A DNA stretch of 64,000 nucleotides from Malacoraja senta (Eukaryota). The notes under the pieces were generated by a model. That model did no database searches. It saw only the letters and a list, made by a program, of their open reading frames with translations, and had not been told where the DNA came from. Below, one piece after another: positions 41,199 through 53,553 of the stretch. The stretch lies in the NCBI GenBank assembly GCA_038087875.1, contig JAXLNO010000652.1, positions 1-64,000 of the forward strand, given 5' to 3'. The position numbers and the translations under genes were made by a program. Each line of letters starts with the position of its first letter. Positions within the stretch are counted from its first letter, which is position 1.

Positions 41199-41452
41199 CG
41201 GGTACACACTGGAGAGAGAACCTTTGTGGCGCTGAGTCTGGCAAAGGTTTCACCCGCATGTCCAGACTGTGCCAGCACCGGCGTACCCACAGCGTTGAGC
41301 GTCCCTTCCCCTGCCCGTCCTGTGGTAAGGGCTTCACCCGCCATGACCACCCATTGGAGCAACGGCGAATCCACACTGGCCAGTGCCCCTTCACCTGCCC
41401 GCTCTGTGGCAAGGCCTTTGCCCGCTCCTCCAGTCTGCTGGCACACCACTAG
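41199..41452 (+). pseudogene. Three further out-of-frame degenerate zinc fingers
   Basis: AESGKGFTRMSRLCQHRRTH / [23 protein letters not shown] / [20 protein letters not shown]. Confidence 0.85.
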
Positions 41453-42089
41453 GTGGATAGGTACTGTTAAGCTAGACACAAAATGGTGGAAGGAATGGGT
41501 AATGTGTCATGGTCGAGACCCTCTTCAGTCTCGACCAGAAAAGTCACTAATTCCTTCTCTCCAGAGATGCTGCCTGTCCCGCTGTTACTCCAGCATTTTG
41601 TATCCTTTTTTGTAAACCAGCATCTGCAGTTCCTTGTTTTTAAACCATTCTGGTTAACCATCTCTGAATCTTCCCCAAAGCCTCCACATCAGTCCTGTAA
41701 TGGAGTGACCAGAACTGCGTGCAATACTCCAAATGCTACCTGTCCAATGTCCCTTAAAGCTGCAAATAAACATCCTCTCCTTATCTCACACCCTTTTATC
41801 TCCTTATTTTCTCTCGCTCTGTCACTTACTCCACTCATCTGCCGATCACCCCCTCATCTGTTAACATAGTGTCAGTGTGAAGAAGTTGACCCAAAATGTC
41901 ACCTACCCATGTTCTCCAGAGATGCTGCCTGACCTGCTGAGTTACTCCAGCATTCTGTGAAACGTCACTTATCCATGTTCTCCAGAGATGCTGCCTGACC
42001 CGCTGAGTTACTCCAGCTTTCTGTGAAATGTCACCTATCCTTGTTCTCCACAGATGCTGCCTGACCCACTGCGTTACTCCAGCACTTTG

Positions 42090-42425
42090 TGTTAGAGTCA
42101 TGGAGTGATACAATGTGGAAACAGGCCTTGCGGCCCAACTTGTCCACACCGACCAACATGTCCTGGCTACACGAGTTCCACCTGCCTGCGTTTGGTCCAT
42201 ATCCTTCCAAACTTGCCCTATCCATGCACGTGTCGAACTGTCTCTTAAACAGTGGGATAATCCCAGCCTCAACTAGCTTCTCTTGGAAGGTTGTTCCATA
42301 CACCCACCACTCTCTGTGTGAAAAACGTACCACTCAGATTACTATTAAATCTTTTCCCCTTCACTTTCAACCCATGTCCTCTGGTCCTCGATCCCCGCAC
42401 TATGGGCAAGAGATTCTGTGCATTT
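42090..42425 (-). mobile_element. CR1 3' fragment
   Basis: Homologous to 28305-28500. Confidence 0.8.
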
Positions 42426-42499
42426 AACTAAATTATGTTCTATGCAAGATTCCAGCATCTGCAGTTTCTTGTGTCTCCCTCACCTATATCCACCTATCA

Positions 42500-42925
42500 C
42501 TTCTGAAGAAGGGTCTCAACCTGAAACGTCACCCATTCCTTCTCTCTAGAGAGGCTGCCTGTCACGCTGAGTTACTCCAGCATTTTGTGTTCACCTATCA
42601 CTTGCCAGGCTTTGTCCAGCCCCCATCTCTCTTTTCCAGCTTCCTCCCCCCACCCTCTCCAATCAGTGTGAAGAAGGGTCCTGACCCAAAACGTCGTCTG
42701 TCCTTTCCCTCTAAAGCGGTGGAGGAACTCAGTGGGTCAGGCCGCATCTGTAGAGGGAAGGGAATCTAAGGCGATCACTCCCTCCTCTCCTTTCCAACTT
42801 TCTCCACCCCCCACACCAAGCAGTCTGAAGAAGGGTCCTGACCTAGATTGTTGCCGGTCCATGCTCTCGAGACGTGCAAGTTACTCCAGGAGATTGTGTC
42901 TCTCTTTGTAAACCAGCATCTGCTG
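42500..42925 (+). mobile_element. Cluster of PLE-tail repeats with hammerhead-like motifs
   Basis: CTGAAGAAGGGTCTCAACCTGAAACGTC at 42503-42530 (intact core); mutated copies at ~42668 and ~42825. Confidence 0.8.
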
Positions 42926-42944
42926 TTCCTTCTTTACGTATTTG

Positions 42945-44790
42945 AAGAGGAAAACATTACTTAAGACCAAAGTTGGACTTGAAGACTGAAAAAGGTGAAT
43001 TTATTACGGGGAACATGGAATTGACAAATGAGTTGAACAGGTACTTTGGATCCATCATCACTAAGGAGGACACAAACAATCTTCCTGATATAGTAGTGGC
43101 CAGAGGATCTGGGGTGATGGAGGAACTGAAGGAAATCCACATTAGGCAGGAAATGGTGTTGGGTAGACTGATGGGACTGAAGGCTGATAAGTCCCCAGGG
43201 CCTGATGGTCTGCATCCCAGGGTACTTAAGGAAGTGGCTCTAGAAATTATGGATGCATTGGTGATCATTTTCCAATGTTCTATAGATTCATGATCAGTTC
43301 CTGTGGATTGGAGGGTAGCTAATGTTATCGCACTTTTTAAGAAAGGCGGGAGAGAGTAAACAGGGAATTATAGACCAGTTAGCGTGACATCGGTGGCGGG
43401 GAAGATGCTGGAGTCAATTATAAAAGATGAAATAGCCGCATATTTGGATAGCAGTAACAGGATCGGTCCGAGTCAGCATGGATTTACGAAGGGGAAATCA
43501 TGCTTGACTAATCTTCTGGAATTTTTTGAGGATGTAACTAGGAAAATGGACAAGGGAGAGCCAGTGGATGTAGTGTACCTGGACTTTTAGAAAGCATTTG
43601 ATAAGGTTCCACATGGGAGATTAGTAGGCAAATTTAGGGCATATGGTATTGGGGGTAGAGTGCTGACATGGATAGAAAATTGGTTGGCAGACAGGAAACA
43701 AAGAGTAGGGATTAACGGGTCCCTTTCAGAATGGCAGGCAGTCACTAGTGGGGTGCCGCAAGGCTCGGTGCTGGGACTGCAGCTATTTACCATATACATC
43801 AATGAATAGATTTAATAGTATCATTAGCAAATTTGCAGATGAAACAAAGCTGGGTGGCAGTGTGAGCTGTGATGAGGATGCTATGAGAATGCAGGGTGAC
43901 TTGGACAGGTTGGGTGCGTGGGCAGATGCAGTTTAATGTCGATAAATGTGTGGTTATCCACTTTGGTAGCAGAAACAGGAAGGCAGATTATTATCTAAAT
44001 GATGTCAAGTTGGGAAATGTGGAAGTACAACGGGATCTGGGGGTCCTTGTTCATTAATGACTGAAAGTAAGCATGCAGGTACAGCAGGCAGTGAAGAAAG
44101 CGAATGGCATGTTGGTCTTCATAACAAGAACAGTTGAGTATAGGAGCAAAGAGGTCCTTCTGCAGTTGTATAGGGCACTAGTGAGACCACACCTGGAGTA
44201 TTGTGTAAAGTTTTGTTCTCCAAATTTAAGGACGGACATTCTTGCTACTGAGGGAGTGCAGCGTAGGTTTACAAGGTTATTTCCCGGGATGGCGGGACTG
44301 TCATATGCTGAGAGAATGGAGCGGCTGGGCATGTACACTCTGGAGTTTTGAAGGATGAGAGGGCATGAAAAGCACTATATAAATAAAATCTTTTATTATT
44401 ATTATCGTATTGAAACATATAGGATTATTAAGCGTTAGGACACGCTAGAGGCAGGAAACATGTTCCCGATGTTGGGGGAGTCCAGAACCAGGGGCCACAG
44501 TTTAAGAATAAGGGGTAAGCCATTTAGAATGGAGATGAGAAAACACTTTTTCACACAGAGAGTGATGAGTCTGTGGAATTCTCCGCCTTAGAGGGCGGTG
44601 GCGGCCGGTTCTCTGGATACTTTCGAGCGAGAGCTGGATAGGGGTCTTAAAGATAGCGAAGTCATGGGATATGGGGAGAAGGCAGGAACGGGGTACTGAT
44701 TGTGGATGATCAGCCATGATCACATTGAATGGTGGTGCTGGTTCGAAGGGCCGAATGGCCTACTCCTGCACCTATTGTCTATTGTCTAAT
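42945..44790 (+). mobile_element. CR1 LINE, 5'-truncated degenerate ORF2 and 3' UTR
   Basis: ORF pieces 42973-44351 with CR1 RT motifs, several in-frame stops; (CTATTGT)n tail. Confidence 0.94.
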
Positions 44791-45379
44791 GTATCAGGGA
44801 CTAGGTGTGTATTTCACCCTACACGTGCGCTCGGTCCTCCAAGGCCTGCTGGATCTCCCGGTTGCCAACCATTTTAACTCCCCTTCCTACTCCCACACTG
44901 ATGTTTCTGTCCTGGGCCTCCTCCATTGCCAGAGTGAGGTGACACGCAAACTGGTGGAACAGCATCTCATAGCTTACAGCCCAAGGAGATGAACATCGAA
45001 TTCTTCAAATTAAGGAGACCCCCCCTCCTAATCAAGTCCTGGAGTCTGTCCCAACCCCATCTCTTTTTTCCAGCTTTCTCCCCCGACTCCATCAGTCCAA
45101 AGAAGGGTCCAGACCCGACACGTCACCTGTCCATTCCCCTCCAAAGTACCGGTAGAACTCAGCAAGTCAGCCATCCGTGGTGAGAAACGGATGGAGAAGT
45201 GTTCCTATTACAAGCTCTCCTTGGCCCTGTCAAGATTGCGGTGCCCATTCTTGGGATGGGATGCAAGGTCCGAGCTGACCAGTCGTCAACAGCCCCCTCC
45301 CCTCCCTCGTGGGTCATCTCTTTGTCATTCCTCTGTCTTCTTCTCGCTGGATGACAAGCAGAACCATCTTGGCTTAACA

Positions 45380-45860
45380 GTAGATGTATCTTCCTTTTGG
45401 CCTTTCGTTTCTGCAGGTATTTACAGCGGAATCAAAACTACTTCCCTTAGGTCCTGATCTTCCTTTTGTTTTAGTAAAGGTAGAACCTTTAACAGTTGCG
45501 ATTGGTTTAGGATCTTGAATACTCCCATATCGTAAATTTGACATGAACCGTACTTTCCTTTCTATGAATTTCCCCAGATCAGGAAGCATGGCTTCTCGAT
45601 TCTCATTTTCCATTAACAGACCAGCTTTATCTTTTCTCTAAGTCTATAGGGCAGTTTTAGAGTGATCATTTTCATATTGCTGACAACATTCATTTCTTGC
45701 ATATGGTCTAAGAGGGTAGTCATTTATATCATACTTCTAAGAAATATCGCAAAATCCCGCTATGCTTTCGCGTCTTCTATGCTGGATAGCTGTCCAAGCA
45801 TAGGCCTTCTTCATGAGGATGTCTTTGGATCATGGAAGTTTAAAGGGACTTTTATGTAGA
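45380..45860 (-). mobile_element. BEL/Pao LTR-retrotransposon gag relic
   Basis: HMQEMNVVSNMKMITLKLPYRL and PDLGKFIERKVRFMSNLRYGSIQD resemble BEL/Pao gag (KLPY..W..F.DLV.FIE..FG.I). Confidence 0.6.
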
Positions 45861-46117
45861 GTGTCGGCAGTGAGCGGCGACTGCGGAGGATTCAACAGCC
45901 CCAACCACAGGTGAACAAAAGGGGAAGATGATTGAACCTTATTACCTTCCATCACAGTGAGGAATGTGGATTCCGCTGTGGTGGGTGTTTATGTTAGATT
46001 TTATTTTATGTGGCTGTGTGTCTTGTTGCTTTTTACTCAGTATGGCTGTATGGTAACTCAAATATCACTGTACCATAATTGGTGCATGTGACAATAAATT
46101 CCAACTTGAACTTGATC
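45861..46117 (+). mobile_element. 5'-truncated relative of the GC-rich element family with a third tail type
   Basis: Shares CCTTCCATCACAG..CTGTG..GG.TGTTTATG with 25500-25551; ends TCACTGTACC..GGTGCATGTGACAATAAATTCC(AACTTG)2. Confidence 0.7.
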
Positions 46118-47607
46118 AGCTTTCGTCTATATATTTTTTTAAAAGGATAATACTGACTGATTGTGCACAATTGTGACAGCTGAAAAGACAGGACAGGACA
46201 GGGGCATTCCTTGAATGATTCATGTGGTTGGAAGAGGTTTCGTCTGTGTTTTTCTCCTCGGTTGTTGTCCGGGGAGGAAGGCGGCGGCACTCGGCCCGTC
46301 GGGGCTAGGATGCGCGGGAGGAAGGCTGAACTTGGATTGAGGCTTGGAAGGCTGAGCTCGCCTCCCCTGCCCCGACCCGCATCCGGTCCACCACGGAGTG
46401 GGAAGCGTGCACGGACAGCGTCCGTGGTCACCCTGCCCGGAGACTGGCCCTTCGGCTCCTCTCGTCCGTGCTGCCTCGGGCTTTCTGCAACGCAATCTTG
46501 CACTGTTCTGCACTGGATATTGCATTTATTGCGTTTGTCATCACAGTATGTACACTGTTTGCTCTCTCTCTCCCTCATTGGTACATGCGACAATAAATTC
46601 CAACTTGAACTTGATAAGCATTCCTCTATATCTCTACAATGATAAAACTCTAATCTTAGATATGTGTTTATTTGTGTGTGTGATATTTGTGTGTAATCAC
46701 ATCTTCGTGAAAAAACGATGTGTTAACAGGAACATTTTAACATATTCCTGTAGAGACTTTCCTCCTGGAGTCCTAAACAGCCTTATCTGAAAAATTCGTG
46801 CTTTATTTCTCGAGTTATTTGTGAAAATGTTCACAAATCCGAGAAAACTTTGAAATTAAACGAGATGGTCTTGCTGATGACGTCACAATGGATCTGCTGC
46901 GCACGACCTGCGCTGTGTTCCACACACTGCGAGTGACGTCACACACACCCCCACCCAACTCGCAGTCGTCTGGTTGACACCCGCTCCCCTCGATGCCCCC
47001 CGCTCTTCCCCGTTGCCCGCTGCCCTTCCCCGCTCCTCCCCGCTGCCCCCCGCCGCACACATCCTCCTCGCCCTCCTTTGTGTCCCTACTCTCCCCCCCT
47101 CCTCTCTCCACCCTCCCCGCTACCTCTCCTCTCCCCATCCTCTCTTCCCCCTCTCTGCCCCCATCTCTACCCCTCCTCTATACCCCCTCCTCTCTCCGCC
47201 CCTCCCCGCTATCTCTCCTTATCCCCCTCCTCTCACCCCCCCTCTCTCCCCCCTTGTCTCTCCCCCTTGTCTCTTACCCCCCTGTCTGTGTGTGTGTCTG
47301 ATGCCACAACCGTGTGTTGAGGGGATGGGACACAACGTGTCCTACTTGGTCTAGTATATATTCAAAAAAAGGATAATGTTGACTGATCGTGCACAATTGT
47401 GATGGCTTGATTTCAAAGACAGGGCGGGGGCATTCCCTGAGGGATTCGGGTGGTTGGAAGAGGTTTCTTCTGTGTTTTTCCCCTCAGTTGTCCAGGGAGG
47501 AAGGCGGCAGCACTCGGCCCATCGGGGCTAGGATGAGCTGGAGGAAGCCTGAGCTTGGATTGAGGCTTGGAAGGCTGAGCTCGTCTCCCCTGTCCCGACC
47601 CGCATCT
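46078..47607 (+). repeat. Local tandem duplication (46078-46385 vs 46577-46630 + 47355-47607)
   Basis: Colinear similarity, e.g. GACAATAAATTCCAACTTGAACTTGAT and TTGGATTGAGGCTTGGAAGGCTGAGCTCG in both copies. Confidence 0.9.
46631..47354 (+). mobile_element. Non-autonomous Helitron (724 bp)
   Basis: A|TC 5' end (TCTCTACAATGATAAAAC), 3' hairpin GGACAC-AAC-GTGTCC, CTAG|T end, no TSD; absent from the paralogous site at ~46133. Confidence 0.9.
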
Positions 47608-47681
47608 GTAGACTGTTTGCTCTGGCGGCTGTGTGTGAACGAGCAATTTCATCGCCTCCCGATCGATGTGCAGAACAACAA

Positions 47682-48066
47682 ACTTACTCCACCAAGCTGG
47701 CTACCTCCTTTCCCCTTACACCCCCAAGCTGGCTACCGCTCATCCCTTACTCCCGCAAGCAGGCTACCTCTCATTCCTCTTACTCCCCCAACCGGGCTAC
47801 CTCCCAATCCCCTTACTCCCCCAAGCTGGCGACCTCTGATACTCCTTACTCCCCCAAGCTGGCTACCTCCCAATCCCCATTACTACCCAAAGCTGGCAAC
47901 CTCCCATCTCTCATTTCCCCCAGACTGGCCACCTCCATACCTTATCCCCCAAGCTGGCTACATCACATCCGGTACTCCCCTAGGTGAGTACCCCCCATTC
48001 GTTAATCCTCCAAGAACGCTACCTTCCATTCCCCTTACTACTCCAAGCTGGCCACGACCCATCCCT
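47682..48066. repeat. ~30-bp diverged tandem repeat (CCCTTACTCCCCCAAGCTGGCTACCTCCCA), resuming at 49712-49745
   Basis: About a dozen recognisable units. Confidence 0.85.
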
Positions 48067-48221
48067 CCCCTATCCCACTTAGGATACCTGAACATTAACC
48101 TCTGGTGACCTTGCGCCCCACCCAAGGTTTCCATGAGTCGGCAGAGGATTTGGTCACTCGTATGGAAAGCCTCGACCGTTGCGAGACCTGCATCTACTCA
48201 CCAAAGATCTTTGCTACCGAC

Positions 48222-48297
<76 letters not shown>

Positions 48298-49711
48298 TCG
48301 TGAAGGTGGGGGCCAGGGACACCGGAGGAGCGCTGTCTTCGCGATGAAGAGGAAGGTGAACGGCTGCCACAGAGCACCGTAAGTCCTTTAGAGAGCGCGG
48401 GAGAGAAGGAGAGAAGGGGAAAGAAGGGGAGAGAAGGGGAGAGAGAAGGGGTGAAAAGGGGAGAGAGGGGGGAAGGAGTGAAGACAGTTTTAAGAAGTTT
48501 AATAAAGTTTGTGGGCATTTTACCAAAGATCCTATAGGACCTTTGCTGAAAACTCCAATGATCCAATCAAAGTTGTGCCAGGATTAGTACAAACCACATC
48601 ATGAAGTACGCAGATGACACAACAGTGGTGGGCCTTATCTGGGACGACAATGAGCTTGCTTACAGGGAGGAGGTGAAACAACTGGTGGACTGATGCAACA
48701 CGAACAATCTGATCCTGAATGTTGACAAAACAAAGGAGGTCATCGTTGACTTCAGGAAAAACCGGCAGTCACACACCACTTCACATTAATGACAGCGATG
48801 TGGAGTTGGTCAGTAGCACTAAGTTCCTGGGGGTGCAGATCACGAACAGTCTGACCTGGTCACAAAACATCACATCATTAGTTAAGAGAGCGCAACAGCG
48901 GTTGCACTTTCTGCGCCGGATGAGAAGAGCTCACCTCCGCCATCCCGTCCTCACCACTTTCTACAGGGGCACCGTAGAGAACATTTTGACCAGCTGCATC
49001 CCTGTCTGGTTTGGGGATTGTAAAGCCTCCGACTGGAAGTCCGTGCAGAGAGTGGTAAGGACGGCTGAAAAAATCATCTGGACTTCTCTCCCTTCAATCG
49101 GGACATTGTGTGCAAACGTTGCTAGTCTAAGGCGAACAGTATTATAAAGGACCCCACATATCTCCATCATGGACTGTTCACTCTGCTGCCCTCGAGCAAA
49201 AGATATCGTAGTATAAGGAGCAGAACGACCAGGTTTTGCAACAGCTACTTCCCCCGAGCAATCAGACTCTTGAATGCCATCTTTATTATCCATTTTATCT
49301 TTTTATCCATTTTATCCTTTTGTTATTTTATGTTGCCCGGGGAGCCAGATGCAACAACATTTCGTTCTGACTCGCATTTATTGATGTATTTCTGAATGAC
49401 AATAAAGTCTTGATTGATTGATTGATTGATTGATTGAAAATGGCCGGTCAGCAAAGGAGATGGTCTTCGACTGCCGGTAAGTAAATAGTGACTCCACTCC
49501 ACTGGCTTCGACCAAACGGCAACTTAATTTTAGTCGAGGCCGGTTTTATATTTGTTGAAATAATCGCAGGAACATAGAAGCCTCGACTACGCGAAAACCA
49601 CTTTCGACTATTAGGGGGAGTGATCAAAACCTCCGGGAACCTCACGGAAACCTTGGGTGGGGCGCAAGGTCACCAGAGGTTTCCTTTCAGGTTTCCTAAG
49701 TGGGACAGGGG
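48067..49711. mobile_element. MITE with ~70-bp TIRs (PIF/Harbinger-like), containing a (CA)n tract and a Rex1 insertion
   Basis: CCCCTATCCCACTTAGGATACCTGAA..ACCTCTGGTGACCTTGCGCCCCACCCAAGGTTTCC is inverted at 49641-49711; terminus resembles the 12824 MITE (CCTGTCCCACT). Confidence 0.85.
48575..49437 (+). mobile_element. Rex1/Babar LINE 3' fragment
   Basis: KYADDTTVVGL, KFLGVQI, KRAQQRLHFLRR, FYRGTVENILTSCIPVWFG; tail AATGACAATAAAG(TTGA)n. Confidence 0.92.
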
Positions 49712-49889
49712 CTCCCATCCCTTACACCACCAAGCTGGCTCCCACCGCACTGTCACGGGCCGCGGCTCCGGGCAGCGGACACACGGGGCCATAAACCCAG
49801 CAACATCCCCGTCAGCTGCAGCAGAGTTGGGGAGTCTGGTCCCTCCACCCACCCAGAGTCACTGCACGGGCACCACGACCCCCCTACCA

Positions 49890-50165
49890 GAGTGATTCAC
49901 CCGACCCACACACCGGGGTGATTCATGCCCCCCCGACCCACACACCAGCGTGATTCATCCGCCGACCCCCACATGGGGTGATTTACCACCCCCCCACCCG
50001 ACCCCCACATGGGGTGATTCATCCCCCGACCTCAACATGGGGTGATTCATCCCCCGACCCACACATCGGGTGATTCACCCCCGGACCCCCACATGGGGTG
50101 ATTCACCCAAGGACCCCCACATGGGGTGATTCACCCCCGGACCCACACATGGGGTGATTCACCCG
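49890..50165. repeat. ~26-30-bp tandem repeat (GGGGTGATTCACCCCCGACCCCCACAT)
   Basis: About 10 units with a GTGATT core. Confidence 0.9.
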
Positions 50166-51151
50166 GGTGCCGGGCTGTCTAGTCCTGCCGCCGCGTTTCA
50201 GCTGCCAAACACCAAACGATATTGCCAAGTGCAGGAACTATGTTTGAAGTAGTGGGGAGGTGTCCGACTGCCCTACGGCTACAGATATGCATGGAGGTGA
50301 AAATAATTTCTGATCATTCCTGGATGGTTGGGATTTTCTTTCATTATTGATAGTGCAATCTTAATTTTGCAGAATTCCAAAGAGCACAGTTGTCAAAGTT
50401 CGTCTGTTAAAGAAAGCAAACAGCAACAAAATTGTTAAAAGTAAACCAAAGCAATCTTTTAATCAATTTGCCAGACGGGAGTGGCGAGATCTACAAAGAG
50501 CACACACGTTGCTCAGTGCTTCTTGGGCTCCACTCAAAGAACAAAGGAAAGTTAGTGTAATTATACATTTTCTTATCAATAAAACACACCTAAATCTGAG
50601 TGAAAGATCCGTAGCCAAAGGGAAACAAGGGAGACTTGACCCATATATTTGCAATGTCAGCCTTATTCTCAAATCCTGGCACAGCTTCAGTACAGCTGCC
50701 CATTCCGGAAGGACAACTAACTCCATTTTTTTTTCAAATGGCTTCCATCTTGGTTCCAGAATGGGCATCCGTCTGTGAACTAAAACAAGCTTGTAAGACT
50801 TGGATGAAAGGCACTACCTTGTCCTTAGCTGGGACAGGGAGTTCAGACAGATATCTAATATGGTGCTGTGCCCAGACAATACATCTCTATGTTAATACAT
50901 TGTTAATACATTGTTTCAGTGATTAGTATAAACCAAGCTTCTAAGACTTTCCCAGAATTTATTCTGCTGGGAAAATTCTCTTTTAAATTTGACTGCTTTT
51001 TGTTTTTCAGCAAATATCCATTTTTTATTTACGAACCAAACTTGACCAAATTAAATTATTTCACAGTGCAGTCAGGATAAACTTGCTTTATTTGTTACGT
51101 ATGGCACAAGTGCGCCAAAACGTTCTATAAAAAACAACGCTTTAAAATGCC

Positions 51152-51582
51152 TTAGAAGGAACTGCAGATGCTGGAAAATCGGAGACAAAAATGCTGGAGA
51201 AACTCAGCAGGTGAGGCATCATCTATGGAGCGAAGGAAATGTTTCGGGTCGAAACCCTTCTTCAGACTGATGTGAGGGTGGGGGGGATGGGAAGAAGAAA
51301 GGAAGAGGTGGAGCCAGTGGGCTCAGGGAGAGCTGAGAAGGGGAGGAGATAGTAGGGACCACCTGAAATTAGAGAAGTCAATGTTCATACCGCTGGGGTG
51401 CAAACTGCCCAAGCGAAATATGAGGTGCTGCTCCTCCAATTTGCGGTGGTCCTCACTCTGACCATGGAGGAGGCCCAGGACAGAAAGTTAGGATTCGGAA
51501 TGGGATGGGGAGTTGAAGTGCTGAGCCACCGGGAGATCAGGTTGGTTATTGCAAACCAAGCGGAGGTTTTCGGTGCGTGCGC
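51152..51582 (-). mobile_element. PLE 3' fragment with hammerhead-like motif
   Basis: Antisense to 945-1150 and 1260-1355; 51239-51270 reads TCAGTCTGAAGAAGGGTTTCGACCCGAAACAT on the minus strand. Confidence 0.88.
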
Positions 51583-52139
51583 ATGAGTGAGAGAGTGTGT
51601 GTGTGTGTTAGTGAGAGTGCGTGCGAGAAAGAGAGCAAGAGACAGAGGGAGTGTGTGAGAGAGAGCAAGAGAGAGAGGGTGTGTGTGAGAGGGAATGTGT
51701 GAGAGAGAGCAAGAGAGAGAGGGAGTGTGTGTGCGTGTGAGAGAGGGAGTGTGAGAGAGGGAGCGAGAGAGGGAATGTGTGATAGAGAGGAGCGGGGCAC
51801 GAGAGGGTGGAGTGGAGAGAATTTGTGTACGAGTGAGGGGGAGAGTGGAGGGAGGGGGGAGAGAGGAAAGTATATGTGCAGCTTTAAGGGACATTGGTCA
51901 GGTAGCATTTGGAGTATTGCATACAGTTCTGGTCACTCCATTACAGGACTGATGTGGAGGCTTTGGGGAAGGTGCAGAGATGGTTAACCAGAATGGTTTA
52001 AAACTAGGAACTGCAGATGCTGTTTACAAAAAAGGACACAAAGTGCTGGAGTAACTCGTCGGGACAGGCAGCATCACTGACGAGAAGAAATGTGTGATGG
52101 AAGAAACGACCCAAAATGTTACCCATTCCTTCCAGCATT

Positions 52140-53553
52140 GTGTCTACCTAAACAGCGCCTATCCACGTGGCGGTGTGCCAACAGGCTGGAGGAGCGGGCA
52201 AAGGCCTTGCCACAGAGCGGGCAGGTGAAGGGGCGCTGGCCGGTGTGAACTCGCCGGTGCTCCAGCAGGTGGTCAAGGCGGGTGAAGCCCTTACCACAGG
52301 ACGGGCAGGGGAAGGGACGCTCACCGCTGTGGGTACGCCGGTGCTGCCATAGGCTGGACATCATAATAATAATAATAATAATACATTTTATTTATGGGCG
52401 CCTTATACCAAAGTCTCAAGGACACCTTACAGAGTTTAAAAAGTAAGAAACAAATAATCGGAGTAAAATAAATTATAAAGTCATCACCAATACACAAATT
52501 AAAGACAGAATTCGATCCAAAGACACAAAAAAAAAATAAGAAACACAATGTGAAGAGAGAGCAGCGGCAGCTAAACCGCGCCAGCGTCCACTCTCCCTTC
52601 CGACCGCCATCTTGGACACAGACTAAAATAGACACTACATACAAAAATCATCCCCCCCACAATGGTTACCACTGTGGGGGAAGGTACAATGTCCAGTCCC
52701 CATCCCCAGTTCTCCCACAGTCAGGCCTATTGAGGCCTCCGCTATTGCCTCTATGGAGGCCCAATGTTCCTGGCCGTTCACGCCGGGTGCTGTTGCCCCG
52801 GCGTCAGGAGAGTCCTCTCAGCGGCTGGGCCACCTGGAACGGCCGCTTCCATTGCCGTAGACCGCAGCTTCCGAAACCGACAAGGCCGCGCCGGTTTGGA
52901 GCTCCCAGGCTCCCAATGTTGAAGTCGGCGCCGCCCGCTCCGCTCCGCAGACCCGCAGCCCGGAGGTATTGAGCTCGGCGGTCACAGCTCACCGGAGCTC
53001 CAGCGCGTCGATCCAGCGCGGCGACCCAGGCAAGGCATCGCCCGCTCCGCTCCGCGATAGCGCTCCAGCGCTGTGCCGCCACCGAAGCTGAAGGTGCTGG
53101 ACGGTCCCCGCCAGGAAACGGCGCTCCACGCCCGCTGGTAGGCCACCAGGACGGGTCGACGGGGCAGCCCGGAGAAAAAGCTGCCTCACCGACCAGGTAT
53201 GGACCTAGAAATAAGGTTACCCCCTTGCCCCTACATTAAAAGTCTAGTTCTCCTACAGACAGCACACAAGACTAACTAAAACTACAAAAAAAAAGTGAAT
53301 TAAACGGACGGCTGCTGATTAGCAGCCGTTCACCAAGATGGCTCCTCCTCCTCATGCGGGTGAAACCCTTGCCACACTCAGCGCACACATAGGGTCTCTC
53401 TCCGATGTGTACCGCTGCGGCTCCCCGTGCTCTCTTGTCACAGTGGGAGCAGCTTCTCGCCAGCATGGGTCCTCCTGTGCAGCTGCAACCCCCGCGAGCT
53501 GTCAAACTCCTCACCGCAGTACGTGCAGTCGTAGGGCTGGGCACTGGTGTGCA
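52140..53553 (-). pseudogene. Inverted paralogue of the zinc-finger exon 3' end, 5'-truncated and split by a GC-rich element
   Basis: YDCTYCGEEF..HRRTHAGEKLLPL*, YVCAECGKGFTRM | [54 protein letters not shown]; 3' flank 51872-52150 is antisense to 41470-41770. Confidence 0.92.
52363..53352 (-). mobile_element. Second copy of the GC-rich element with L2-type tail
   Basis: Colinear inverted match to 4446-5404; short ATG-type TSD at the interrupted FTRM|SS codons. Confidence 0.88.

Noticed and set aside
47389..48108. 239-aa proline-rich ORF
   Set aside because: It spans a duplicated non-coding block, a C-rich tandem repeat and a MITE end, with no coding signature.
51062..51100. RSS heptamer CACAGTG
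   Set aside because: No ACAAAAACC-like nonamer at 12- or 23-bp spacing and no V/J segments.
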